A stretch of 64,000 bases of DNA from Rhodospirillaceae bacterium. Lineage in GTDB: Bacteria; Pseudomonadota; Alphaproteobacteria; Rhodospirillales; JABJKH01. The translations under genes and the position numbers were made by a program. The notes below the pieces were generated by a model. It saw only the letters and a program-made list of their open reading frames with translations. It was not told where the DNA came from and did not search any database. Shown here one piece after another: positions 28,344 to 37,607 of this stretch (positions are counted from its first letter, which is position 1; each line of letters opens with the position of its first letter). The stretch spans positions 16,031-80,030 of the forward strand of contig JABJKH010000007.1 in NCBI GenBank assembly GCA_018660465.1. The letters run 5' to 3'.

Positions 28344-28832
28344 CTAATCTTCGATGGCTTCATACTTTGCGGCTGCCCGCATTAGATCCACGAGGCTTTT
28401 GCGAACGCCGGGGTCGATGATTTTATAATAAGCGCGCACCAGTTCGAGAGTTTCACGTTTGATCATGGGATCGGGGTCTTGGAGTTGACCTTTGTTTGCC
28501 GTCGCTTTTCCATCAGTCTTTTGGTCTGCGAAGTTTTGCGCATCTGATGGCATGTCATCAAAGAAAAATGAAACTGGCACGTCTAGAATTTGAGCGAACT
28601 CATAGAGGCGGCTTGAACCAATCCGGTTGGCACCGCGCTCATACTTTTGAATTTGCTGAAATGTCAGATTAACTTCTTCACCCAATTTTTCCTGGCTCAA
28701 GCCCATAAGCGTGCGACGCAACCGAACACGGCTTCCCACATGGACATCGATTGGGTTTGGAGTTCCCAAGGGTAAAATTCTTTCGCGCGCTAACCGAGTC
28801 GGCGCCTTCTTACGAGATTTTGTTTTTTGCAT
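28344..28832 (-). CDS. XRE-family helix-turn-helix transcriptional regulator
   Basis: The HTH_3-like sequence is VGSRVRLRRTLMGLSQEKLGEEVNLTFQQIQKYERGANR. Confidence 0.85.
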   Translation of the reverse strand: MQKTKSRKKAPTRLARERILPLGTPNPIDVHVGSRVRLRRTLMGLSQEKLGEEVNLTFQQIQKYERGANRIGSSRLYEFAQILDVPVSFFFDDMPSDAQNFADQKTDGKATANKGQLQDPDPMIKRETLELVRAYYKIIDPGVRKSLVDLMRAAAKYEAIED

Positions 28833-29002
28833 AAAAAAATGTTCCTGTTACTAAATATCACCTAAAGCCCTAAAGTAAGAGCTTCCCCCTGCATCTTTGA
28901 TACCTTCCCTGGATTAAAAAGTCACGTGAATGGTTACAACAGTATTCAGCTTTTTTTTAGCATTTAACTGCTCTAGTCTGGTGGTATGAATTAGGATTTA
29001 AA

Positions 29003-29845
29003 ATGAATATCCGCATTGAACCTTTATCGGATAAAATTGGCGCTGCTATTTACGGCTTGGATCTCCGCCAAACTTTATCGAGCGATGAAAAAGTCGCTGT
29101 GACCCGAGCCTTTGCAGATCATCTAGCGGTGTGTATTCGGGGCCAGGAGTTAACCCTGGATGAATTTCTGGCGGCGGCAAATCAGTTTGGAAAATCCAAG
29201 CCACACCTGTACAGAAAACTTCGCCACAAAGATCACCCGCATTTATCTGTCGTCTCCAGCGAAGACCGCAAACTATTTGGCGAAAAAACAAAGAACCCAC
29301 GCGCGACGCATTTCCATACAGATGAATCGTATCTGGCCAAACCCAGTAAAGCGACAATGCTATATTCCATGATCAATCCAAAATCTGGGGGCGAGACCAA
29401 ATTCGTAAACATGTATCGCGCCTATGAAACATTGCCGGAATCGACAAAGACTATGCTTGAAGGCCTCAAGGCCGTTCACCGCTTTGGGACGAACCGACCC
29501 GGTGTGGCACTGCTGAAACTCTCCGACGAAGAAAAGGCGGAAACGCCAGACGTTGTCCATCCCATCGTGCGCACCCACCCGGATACAGGCCGAAAAGCGT
29601 TGTTCGTTAATGCAGCCCGCACCGACAGTGTTGTCGGCATGGATGCGGACGAGGGAAAAGCTTTGTTAGAGGACCTATACACACATTCAATAAAACCCGA
29701 ATTTCAATACCATCACGACTGGGCCGTCGGCGATGTCATGATGTGGGACAACCGCTGCACCATGCATGCAGCGACCAACACTTATGGACCTGATGAAAAG
29801 CGGCTGCTTTATCGCGTATTGTTAGAAGGAGACGCGCCCCGTTAG
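29003..29845 (+). CDS. TauD/TfdA-family Fe(II)/2-oxoglutarate dioxygenase
   Basis: The 280-aa protein has an HxD motif (HFHTDESY) and a distal His (CTMHAAT). The family-typical WDNRCTMH is present. Confidence 0.85.
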   Translation: MNIRIEPLSDKIGAAIYGLDLRQTLSSDEKVAVTRAFADHLAVCIRGQELTLDEFLAAANQFGKSKPHLYRKLRHKDHPHLSVVSSEDRKLFGEKTKNPRATHFHTDESYLAKPSKATMLYSMINPKSGGETKFVNMYRAYETLPESTKTMLEGLKAVHRFGTNRPGVALLKLSDEEKAETPDVVHPIVRTHPDTGRKALFVNAARTDSVVGMDADEGKALLEDLYTHSIKPEFQYHHDWAVGDVMMWDNRCTMHAATNTYGPDEKRLLYRVLLEGDAPR

Positions 29846-30390
29846 ACGGATCGTCGCTTCGCAAGCTCTCTATAAAGCGCTTCGGGGCTAACGCCAATTT
29901 GTACGGCTATTTCTTTCCAATGACCCTTTGCTGGCAAATTGTTTCCTTGCCATGCCAACCACCCGTCTACCCGCTCCGCCACTGTTTTCCGCGATAGGAT
30001 TTCAATCTGGCCTCGCGCCGATTGAACTTCCCTGGCCAAATGAGCCGCCCACAAGTTAGCAAAGCCTTTGTCTTTCTCGAGGCGCGCAAAAAATATCCTC
30101 TTTGACCATTCAATTACGACTGAGGGTAAAGTAACCACCGCGTCACAGTGATAGTTCTCAGAATAAATTGAGGCCTCTGCCAAAATCGTTCCCGCTGATG
30201 CGCGCTGGAGAACGATTGAAGCACCATCTCGTTGATGACGGGTCAACTCGATTGAACCCTCGCTAACAACAAAGACTGACCGTACCGGGTCGTCTTGGTG
30301 AAATAGGTAGCTCCCCTGATCCAACTCTCGTTGCTTGTGGGCCGTTCCAATAAGGTGTTCTATAAAACCTTCATACATGATTTGTATCAT
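29842..30390 (-). CDS. Short Crp-like regulator (cNMP-binding-fold + HTH)
   Basis: The 182-aa protein has a beta-barrel-like region (SVFVVSEGSIELTR) and a C-terminal HTH (KEIAVQIGVSPEALYRELAKR). The cassette lacks the conserved Arg. Confidence 0.7.
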   Translation of the reverse strand: MIQIMYEGFIEHLIGTAHKQRELDQGSYLFHQDDPVRSVFVVSEGSIELTRHQRDGASIVLQRASAGTILAEASIYSENYHCDAVVTLPSVVIEWSKRIFFARLEKDKGFANLWAAHLAREVQSARGQIEILSRKTVAERVDGWLAWQGNNLPAKGHWKEIAVQIGVSPEALYRELAKRRSV

Positions 30391-30454
30391 GTATGAATTT
30401 CATGCGATGTGGCAAGTTCCTGGTAGCAGAAATTAATTATTGAAAGAAAATACG

Positions 30455-31045
30455 ATGAAAAAAATTCTATTTGTGATTCCGCTCCTGGCCCTTAGCCTCA
30501 ATGCCCAAGCGAGTGAAAAGTCACATTCCCATACCTCAAAATATGCAGGACAGGAAAAGCGGGTTATTAAAAGCCTCTCGCCCGATGATATTGCCGAATT
30601 AAGACGAGGCGGCGGGTGGGGCTTGGCCAAAGCGGCGGAACTTAATGGCGTTCCTGGCCCCGCACATTTGCTGGAGATGAAGGGCAAAATATCGCTCACG
30701 GAGAAACAGGTTTCTGCTATTTCCGAGCTTTATACACAGATGAAATCCAAGGCAATTAAACAGGGTGAAAAGCTCATCACTCTTGAACAAGAACTAGAAC
30801 GTCTCTTCAAATCCCGGTCCATAACAGATGCGACACTGCGATCTTCCCTAAATAACATCTCGGAAGCGAGGAAAGAATTGAGATACATTCATCTGGCCAC
30901 GCATTTAAAAACGCCCAAAATTTTATCAGCGGCTCAAATCAAGAAATACAACATGCTTCGAGGGTATTCGAACCCCAACCCTTGTGCCAATATGCCCGAA
31001 GGTCACGACCCGGAAATGTGGCGCAAGCACAATGGGTGCAAGTAA
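30455..31045 (+). CDS. Periplasmic LTXXQ-motif (Spy/CpxP-like) protein
   Basis: The signal peptide is MKKILFVIPLLALSLNAQA. An LTEKQ motif and a helical, K/E-rich sequence are present. Confidence 0.6.
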   Translation: MKKILFVIPLLALSLNAQASEKSHSHTSKYAGQEKRVIKSLSPDDIAELRRGGGWGLAKAAELNGVPGPAHLLEMKGKISLTEKQVSAISELYTQMKSKAIKQGEKLITLEQELERLFKSRSITDATLRSSLNNISEARKELRYIHLATHLKTPKILSAAQIKKYNMLRGYSNPNPCANMPEGHDPEMWRKHNGCK

Positions 31046-31056
31046 GTCGCAGACTT

Positions 31057-31473
31057 TTAACTTTCCAAATCATCCATGTCGGACTGCCCTGAGATCCGCC
31101 GTCGCAAGTGCGACCATGACAATCCGACCGCCATGACCAAGGAAATTAGAATGAGAAGCAAATAGGTCATCACAGTGGGTTTGGCAGTATCAATCAGGCC
31201 AAAATCTATTAGGGCCCAGATAATGCCACCAAATAATGCCGCCGCGAGAACCAAGCCAATGGGACCAATCGAACGCCACGTTGCGCGCAAATAAACAATA
31301 TAGACGATTGCGATTACAATCCCGGCCACGAACTTGAGCGGCATGCTACCACCCTCGGCCAATGCCCAGTGATAGAATGAATGCCCTGTCGGGTTAAATG
31401 TTCCGAACACCAGCACGAGCGCCACGACCAAGCGCACGATAAATCCTGAAAATCCAAATTGTTCTTGAGCCAT
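31057..31473 (-). CDS. Small 4-TM integral membrane protein (last gene of sugar-modification operon)
   Basis: The 138-aa protein has four hydrophobic segments. It lies 22 nt downstream of the GT-C-like gene. Confidence 0.6.
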   Translation of the reverse strand: MAQEQFGFSGFIVRLVVALVLVFGTFNPTGHSFYHWALAEGGSMPLKFVAGIVIAIVYIVYLRATWRSIGPIGLVLAAALFGGIIWALIDFGLIDTAKPTVMTYLLLILISLVMAVGLSWSHLRRRISGQSDMDDLES

Positions 31474-31495
31474 TTTCTTTTCCTTCTCAGCCGTT

Positions 31496-33097
31496 TTATT
31501 TTTTTACCAATTTTCCTGCGCAATCAATGCCAGACAGGAGAACTTTTTCATATCTATTTGGGCACGTGGCGGTCACTTTAAAACCTGGAGCCGCCTTCTT
31601 CAAATGCTTGCTCAAGTGGACCCAATGAGTTCCTCGAATATAGACGCAGGGGTAACTCGCGATAATCTTAGCCGCATCCCGCGACCCCTTCCAGTCCCTG
31701 AAATCCATGGTGTTTTGTTCAAACCAAAAATCATTAGCAGGCTTGGTTTGAGCTAGCTTTTCTCCAAATCGGCTACCAGTCCACCAATCACCAAGTGCCA
31801 GGGCAAAGGACTGTGTGCTCGCGGGAAAGACATAGAGTCTTGCACATTGCGAAAAGCGGTTATCGTCAATACGAAGTGCTTCCGCATGTTTAAACTGCTG
31901 TTCTTTATCTAAGCGTTTAACGCTAAAGGGTTGCGCTAAAATCAAGATACAAAGAAGCCCCCGAATAACCAGCCCCGCGCGGGCGCGAAAGACATCACCA
32001 CCAAATTTAAAGCCTGCTACCAAACGCACCAACATGACAATGGTGAGAGCGTTCATCATATACGCTGGAATCATGAAGTTGGCGGTCGGTTGCTTTGCAA
32101 CCAAAAGGACTTGTGCCAATACTGCCAGACAAAGCCCCGCAACGGCCTTCGCATCATTATTCCAGTGCCGTTTCCAAGCTGCCACGGCCAACGCGGTCAG
32201 TCCCAAAACGAAGGGGGCATGCAGGAGCGGCCGACCAAATATTTCGCGGACCGCCTTGGTGTATGCGTCAGGGTCTACAAACCCCACGGCACCACTACCG
32301 TAGGCCCCCGTGCCCGTCGAAATCTTCAGCATCCAATTAAAAAATATGTCCCAGGACCCAAATGCCGGTAACGTGAAAACAACCAGCGCCAGGAACGAGA
32401 TTCCTGCGTAAACCGTGAGTGCCCTAAACGACCCCAACAAAAAGAGTGGTAATAGATAAATTGGCGCGGAGATAACCTTCACCGCGACACCGAACCCGGC
32501 GACGATCCCAAATGCCACCGCATAACGCAGGCGCATCGATTGCAGGGCACCGGAGCGTTGCGCCGACACCATTACCATCATCAGCATCAGCATCGTGATA
32601 ATCACGAACGATTCAGGCCGAACCTGATAGGAATTTTTCAACGTGACCATGGATAGGAATGGCGCCGCCTGAAGGACGAGCGCGAAGACCTTACTCTCAA
32701 ACACCCGATAGGCAACGGCACCTACCAGGACCAAACCAATCGCCGTCACGCAAACCGTCGCCGTGCTGATCAACCGCAAATGTCCTTCTGGATCGGCGAG
32801 CACGATATCTGCAATCGCCTCGCCCCCAGTTAACGGATAGACCGCCTTGAGGACCAAGGCGCCGAAGACCTGGACCGGCGTGCCTGGGTGATACGGGTGC
32901 CCGGGCCAATTCAGATTTACGAGATTCACCGCGTCGTAAAGATAAAAATAAGACGGGTCTAGCAAATACCAAAGCCAGAACGGCCCACCGCCGTGCCGCA
33001 ACCAAAAGACGGACACCAAGAAACAAAGTGGCAGAACCAGCAACATCCCCCACAAGGGGAGGTATTGGCGCTCCAGTGGCGGCAGGTGATTTCTCAT
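31496..33097 (-). CDS. Polytopic membrane protein, ArnT/PMT (GT-C)-like putative glycosyltransferase
   Basis: The protein is about 533 aa with many TM helices and a soluble C-terminal domain. The ATG at 33097 overlaps the TGA of the upstream gene (TGATGA). The function is inferred from architecture and context. Confidence 0.55.
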   Translation of the reverse strand: MRNHLPPLERQYLPLWGMLLVLPLCFLVSVFWLRHGGGPFWLWYLLDPSYFYLYDAVNLVNLNWPGHPYHPGTPVQVFGALVLKAVYPLTGGEAIADIVLADPEGHLRLISTATVCVTAIGLVLVGAVAYRVFESKVFALVLQAAPFLSMVTLKNSYQVRPESFVIITMLMLMMVMVSAQRSGALQSMRLRYAVAFGIVAGFGVAVKVISAPIYLLPLFLLGSFRALTVYAGISFLALVVFTLPAFGSWDIFFNWMLKISTGTGAYGSGAVGFVDPDAYTKAVREIFGRPLLHAPFVLGLTALAVAAWKRHWNNDAKAVAGLCLAVLAQVLLVAKQPTANFMIPAYMMNALTIVMLVRLVAGFKFGGDVFRARAGLVIRGLLCILILAQPFSVKRLDKEQQFKHAEALRIDDNRFSQCARLYVFPASTQSFALALGDWWTGSRFGEKLAQTKPANDFWFEQNTMDFRDWKGSRDAAKIIASYPCVYIRGTHWVHLSKHLKKAAPGFKVTATCPNRYEKVLLSGIDCAGKLVKK

Positions 33098-34077
33098 CAC
33101 CCCATCCGCTCTTGGCATTGCGCCAAGATCCGCGTGACCTCAACACCCTGATCAAGGCTTGCCGTTGAGGTATCACCATTTGAGATGGCGTTGGCAAATT
33201 CCCGAACTGCAACGGTGACCGGCATTTCATTACTAATAGGGATCGCGCGACCTTCACCCTTGGGTTCAGCTACATCAAGTTGGGCGGGGTATTCCATCAG
33301 TTGCCCCGGAACCGCATCATCGTAAGCCAATACTGTATCGTCAAAGAAGACGGCAAAGCGGCGGTGGCGGTCGGTTAAGTTTCCGAAAGTGATATCGGCG
33401 ACAGCGCTTTCTGAGAAAGTCAGGCGGAGATGATGGTTTTCGCCGATGCCGCCCTCTACTTCGCGGCGTTCCAGAACACGTGCCGCGACCGATACCGGCG
33501 TTCTCTCCAGCACCCCCAAGGCAAGCGCCACTTCGTGCGAGCCCCAATCCCACAGCACGGGAGTATGTCTCCGGTATGGCCCATGGTCGCCGACACTTGA
33601 CCACACACCACGCGCCGGTCCCGAGGTTGCAATTCGGTCCTTAATTTCTCGGTACGCAGGCCGGAAAAGATGAGTATGTTCGACAAGCACCAAACCATTG
33701 TTGGCAATGGCGCATTCGCGAATTTCGTCTGCCTCATTAACATCGAGCGTCATCGGCTTTTCAACCAGAACAGCCTTGCCCGCATCAAGTGCCGCACAGG
33801 CTATCTCAGCATGGTGTTGAGGAGGCGTTGCGATGATAACGCCAGAAATTATTTTATCGGCGATCAATTCGCGCCAATCTGTTGAGATTTTACAGTCGGA
33901 ATCAACCAGCGACTTACTGTCTGAATTTCCACTGGCCAAATGAGCCAGTTGCACGCCCTCTAAACCGGCAATTGTTTTGATATAAATCTTGCCCCACGGC
34001 CCCGCACCAATCAGACCTAAGTTGATGGGGCTGCCAGCCACGGTTATTGCTCGCCGATATAGATTCCATCCGCCCAC
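33097..34077 (-). CDS. Gfo/Idh/MocA-family NAD(P)-dependent oxidoreductase
   Basis: The N-terminal Rossmann motif is INLGLIGAGPWG, followed by a family-typical EKP motif (VLVEKPM). An alternative GTG start lies at 34041. Confidence 0.8.
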   Translation of the reverse strand: MGGWNLYRRAITVAGSPINLGLIGAGPWGKIYIKTIAGLEGVQLAHLASGNSDSKSLVDSDCKISTDWRELIADKIISGVIIATPPQHHAEIACAALDAGKAVLVEKPMTLDVNEADEIRECAIANNGLVLVEHTHLFRPAYREIKDRIATSGPARGVWSSVGDHGPYRRHTPVLWDWGSHEVALALGVLERTPVSVAARVLERREVEGGIGENHHLRLTFSESAVADITFGNLTDRHRRFAVFFDDTVLAYDDAVPGQLMEYPAQLDVAEPKGEGRAIPISNEMPVTVAVREFANAISNGDTSTASLDQGVEVTRILAQCQERMG

Positions 34078-35105
34078 GTCAGGAATCGTTTTAGGCCGTC
34101 TTCAATCCCCACACTCGGTTCAAATTCGATTTGAACATTGGCTTTGCGGATATCCGGGCAACGTCGGTTGGGCTCGTCAGCGGGATAGCTATCAGGGTAT
34201 TCAATAATGTCGTAATCGACTTTTTGATCGAGAGCATTTTCGATGTGCTTCACAAGATCGACCATCGAAATTTCTGGCTTGGGGTTGCCAATATTATAGG
34301 TCTCACCCGGCACACCCTTGAGAACCGTCAGCATAAAACCCGTCATGGCATCGGAGATATAGCAGAACGTCCGAGTTTGATTTCCAGAACCATAGACGTG
34401 CAACGGTTTGCCGCCCTTAATCCGGCTCGCGAAGTTCGGTAGTACCCGATAGTCCGCTTCCATCATACCAGGGCCATAGACATTAAAAGGTCTAATAACA
34501 TTTGCCGACGTGCCGAACTTGTCATGGTAGATGTGGCAGAGCGTTTCACCGACCCGCTTTGACTCGTCATAGCATGCGCGCGGCCCTTGGCTCGCAACAT
34601 TGCCGCGATAGCTTTCGGGTGTGGGGACGTGCTTGGGGTCTGGATCGCCATAAATTTCTGAGGAACTGAAGAACACAAATCTGGCCTGATGCTTATTCGC
34701 CAGTTCCAACATGTTGCGGGTACCGTTAACCGATACCATCAAAGTCTCAATCGGATAGGCACGGTAATAATATGGGCTGGCGATACCTGCGGCATGAATG
34801 ACGTAATCAAGTGGCCGGTCCCATTCAAACGGCTGGATCACGTCGTGCTCAATAAACTCAACGTTTGGCAGGTCGGGAATTACATTCCCCGCCTTGCCCG
34901 CCGTAATCAGGTTGTCCATAGACACAAGCTTGCAAGGTTCCTTGAGGACATGTTCGTTCAGATAGGCGAACACCTCCGTAAAGTAGCGACCAAGGAAGCC
35001 ACGACCCCCGGTTAGCAAGATCGTTTTGCCGCTAAAATCTTGCGCGGCTTCCCCTAAATTAAGGGCGATTTCAGCGACGTCGGAGGGTAACGAAAACTCG
35101 GTCAT
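34044..35105 (-). CDS. Extended SDR, UDP-glucuronate decarboxylase / NDP-sugar 4,6-dehydratase-like
   Basis: Motifs are LLTGGRGFLGRYF, SSSEIYG and YDESKR (YxxxK). The length is 353 aa. Confidence 0.85.
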   Translation of the reverse strand: MTEFSLPSDVAEIALNLGEAAQDFSGKTILLTGGRGFLGRYFTEVFAYLNEHVLKEPCKLVSMDNLITAGKAGNVIPDLPNVEFIEHDVIQPFEWDRPLDYVIHAAGIASPYYYRAYPIETLMVSVNGTRNMLELANKHQARFVFFSSSEIYGDPDPKHVPTPESYRGNVASQGPRACYDESKRVGETLCHIYHDKFGTSANVIRPFNVYGPGMMEADYRVLPNFASRIKGGKPLHVYGSGNQTRTFCYISDAMTGFMLTVLKGVPGETYNIGNPKPEISMVDLVKHIENALDQKVDYDIIEYPDSYPADEPNRRCPDIRKANVQIEFEPSVGIEDGLKRFLTWADGIYIGEQ

Positions 35106-35108
35106 GAA

Positions 35109-36353
35109 CTAAAATATCTCCACTTTCGGTAAGGGAACTATAAATTGCCCCCCTGACCGACGAAAGGCCTCATGTTTTTCCATAATTGGTTTGGCGAAAT
35201 TCCACGCGAGGATCACCAGCACGTCGGGCTTTTTATCGGCGATTGCCTCGCTTCCTACAACAGGAATGTGCATCCCTGGGGTAAAGAGCCCCTGCTTTAA
35301 TGGACTATCATCAACAATAAAATCAATGAGGTCCGGGCCAATGTCGAAATGATACATCAGTGTCGTCGCTTTGGCCGGTGCGCCGAAGCCCGCGATAGAC
35401 TTCCCTTCCTCCTTCAAGCGCCGCAAAATGTCGCCTAATTCGCTCTTTATGCCATCAATTTTCCGGGCCAGTCCTCGCAAGGTCTCAGCTTTGTCCAAAC
35501 CAAGTTCTTCTTCCTGAGCAACCGCCGTTCCAACAGACGCGCCCACAGGGTGCGCACCACCCTTCAACTGCGCAACGCCGCGAAGTGATCCACCGTGGCT
35601 GCTGACCCGAAGGGCTTCGATCAGTTCCATTCCGTTGGCTTCAAAAAACCGGGTTAATGGTTTGACCGAATGATAGGCCAGATGCTCGTGGTACATCATA
35701 TCGAATAGGGTGTCTTCGTAGACATCGACCAAGTATGAAACCTCAAAAACGAACACTCCTTCTGGGCTCAATAAATCCCGCACACCTTCGGTTACGCCTG
35801 TCAGATCATCAATATGAGCGAAGACATTGTTGGCGGTGATGACAGCAGCAGCCCCCCGGTCAGATCGAATGGTGTGGGCCAAGTCCCGCGTAAAGAACCC
35901 GGTGAGCGTCTCAATTCCAGCGTCGGTCGCGCGCTTTGCAATATCTTTTGCTGGATCAATTCCTAATACCGGGTGGCCGGCCTTCTTAAAGAAACTAAGC
36001 AGGGTCCCGTCATTCGACCCAATATCGACCACAAGGCCTTCCTTGGAGGGGCTAAAGCGCGCCATAACATCATCTGCATAATTTTCGAAATGCTTTACAA
36101 AAACAGGCGATGTGCCAGAAACATAGACATAGTTTTCAAACAAGACCCGAGGGTCGACAACGTCTAAAAGCTGAACGTGGGCGCAGTCTTCACAAAAGAA
36201 AACATCAAGTGGAAAGCGCTCCTGCTCGGCCCCTTTTTGATCCGCTGGGATAAAGGCATTGGCAGGTGGCGTCGGTTCCAGAGCGAAAACCATCGAAAGG
36301 TCCTCTCCTCCGCAGAGACGACACGTTGTTCGCCGGACGCAGGACACCGTCAT
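35109..36353 (-). CDS. NDP-hexose C-methyltransferase-like class I SAM methyltransferase (TylCIII-like architecture)
   Basis: The N-terminal zinc ribbon is CRLCGG...CEDCAH. The SAM motif is VVDIGSNDGTLL. A long C-terminal domain is typical of sugar C-methyltransferases. Confidence 0.78.
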   Translation of the reverse strand: MTVSCVRRTTCRLCGGEDLSMVFALEPTPPANAFIPADQKGAEQERFPLDVFFCEDCAHVQLLDVVDPRVLFENYVYVSGTSPVFVKHFENYADDVMARFSPSKEGLVVDIGSNDGTLLSFFKKAGHPVLGIDPAKDIAKRATDAGIETLTGFFTRDLAHTIRSDRGAAAVITANNVFAHIDDLTGVTEGVRDLLSPEGVFVFEVSYLVDVYEDTLFDMMYHEHLAYHSVKPLTRFFEANGMELIEALRVSSHGGSLRGVAQLKGGAHPVGASVGTAVAQEEELGLDKAETLRGLARKIDGIKSELGDILRRLKEEGKSIAGFGAPAKATTLMYHFDIGPDLIDFIVDDSPLKQGLFTPGMHIPVVGSEAIADKKPDVLVILAWNFAKPIMEKHEAFRRSGGQFIVPLPKVEIF

Positions 36354-36358
36354 CAGAT

Positions 36359-36784
36359 TTATACTTTAACCATTTCGATCCGTTCGACGTCGGCCTCATA
36401 GACCTCCTGCTCCCGGGAATTTCGCCCCAGGGTGACAAACGTCGAATCTTGAGTAAAGACCATGGCGTGGTCAACCATCGGCGGCGTGAAGAACAACTGA
36501 CCTTTTTTGACCGTCACTTTTTCCGGTATTGCATCGCTGCCATGGGGGCGGTGGAAATAGTCGATTTCACCTTCCGTCACATAACAGTAATGCCAATCTG
36601 TTTTATGATAGTGGTTGGCGCGGACCGTCCCTTTCTTCGATGTAATAAATACGCAGCTTTCCATCGTGGTGTCGACCAACGGTTGGATTTCTCCGCGCTC
36701 GTCAGCAAAAGTATCCTTCAACGGCACGATGACTTCTTTCGGCCAACTTTGCTTTTCTTCCTCGGTAACAGGTTTGATTTTCAT
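36359..36784 (-). CDS. Cupin-fold NDP-sugar epimerase/ketoisomerase-like protein
   Basis: The product is about 141 aa from the ATG at 36784. The cupin core is RANHYHKTDWHYCYVTEGEI. The tracked ORF extends to 36877, but that extension would overlap the upstream gene. Confidence 0.62.
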   Translation of the reverse strand: MKIKPVTEEEKQSWPKEVIVPLKDTFADERGEIQPLVDTTMESCVFITSKKGTVRANHYHKTDWHYCYVTEGEIDYFHRPHGSDAIPEKVTVKKGQLFFTPPMVDHAMVFTQDSTFVTLGRNSREQEVYEADVERIEMVKV

Positions 36785-36797
36785 GATGTCTTTCTTT

Positions 36798-36845
36798 CGT
36801 AAGAATTGGCTCTCGTAAGAATTGGCTCTCGTAAAAATTGGACTT
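36798..36845. repeat. 16-bp tandem repeat (cgtaagaattggctct x2 plus a degenerate third copy) in the GT2-cupin intergenic gap
   Basis: Read directly from the sequence: cgtaagaattggctct cgtaagaattggctct cgtaaaaattggactt. Confidence 0.7.
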
Positions 36846-37539
36846 AACGGATGATACGCTTCAGAAAAATCATCCAAATAACGGCCACGGTGTGGTGCGC
36901 TCGAATTTTCTTTCCTTCCTCATAGCTACGGCCAAAGTAGCTGATTGGAACCTCGTAAAGCTGCTTTCCACGTGCCACGGCGAGCGACAAAATTTCCGCT
37001 TGCTGCGCCCATCCGTTTGATCCCAATTCCTTCGGGTCCACCAGCGAGCGCCGGAACAACAGATAGCAACTGTAAATGTCAGTAAACGTCGTGTTGTTCA
37101 ACAAATTAAACATAAAGGAAATGACGTTGTTGCCGATTTTATGCCAGAAATTAAAGACCCGCGTAAATTCCGGTGCAACGAACCTGCTTCCGAGAACGAC
37201 GTCCGCCTCAAATCGTAGGACAGGGCCGAGCAACTTTTTGTAATCAGCGGGGTCGTATTCTAAATCCGCGTCCTGAAATAAGACGTATTCCCCGCTTGCT
37301 TCTGCCAAGCCAGCCTTTACAGCAGCCCCCTTCCCTTGATTGGCGGGACGCTTGATCAAGCGGTCAAATAATTCAGGGCGGGCCTCTAAAAGCTCAACTG
37401 TCCCGTCCTTGGAGCCATCGTCGATTACGATTCGCTCAAACTCGACACCATCAATAGATTGCTCTGCCACGCGCTCCAGGATTTGGATAACGGTACGCTC
37501 TTCGTTAAAGACGGGAATAATAACGCTGACGCGAACCAT
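36844..37539 (-). CDS. Family 2 glycosyltransferase, DPM1-like polyprenyl-phosphate glycosyltransferase
   Basis: Motifs are VIIPVFNEE, DDGSKDGT, QGKGAA and QDADLEYDP. The length is 231 aa. Confidence 0.85.
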   Translation of the reverse strand: MVRVSVIIPVFNEERTVIQILERVAEQSIDGVEFERIVIDDGSKDGTVELLEARPELFDRLIKRPANQGKGAAVKAGLAEASGEYVLFQDADLEYDPADYKKLLGPVLRFEADVVLGSRFVAPEFTRVFNFWHKIGNNVISFMFNLLNNTTFTDIYSCYLLFRRSLVDPKELGSNGWAQQAEILSLAVARGKQLYEVPISYFGRSYEEGKKIRAHHTVAVIWMIFLKRIIR

Positions 37540-37607
37540 GAAGCACCCTATTTTAAGCCGCGTTCCTTCTATCGCTGACAGTGTCAGATTGCAAGGAAAT
37601 TGGCCGT

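Noticed and set aside
32697-33257. 186-aa minus-strand ORF spanning the junction of the Gfo/Idh/MocA and GT-C-like genes.
   Set aside because: It is an alternative frame with an Arg/Pro/Gly-rich translation. The annotated frames give coherent Rossmann-fold and TM proteins.
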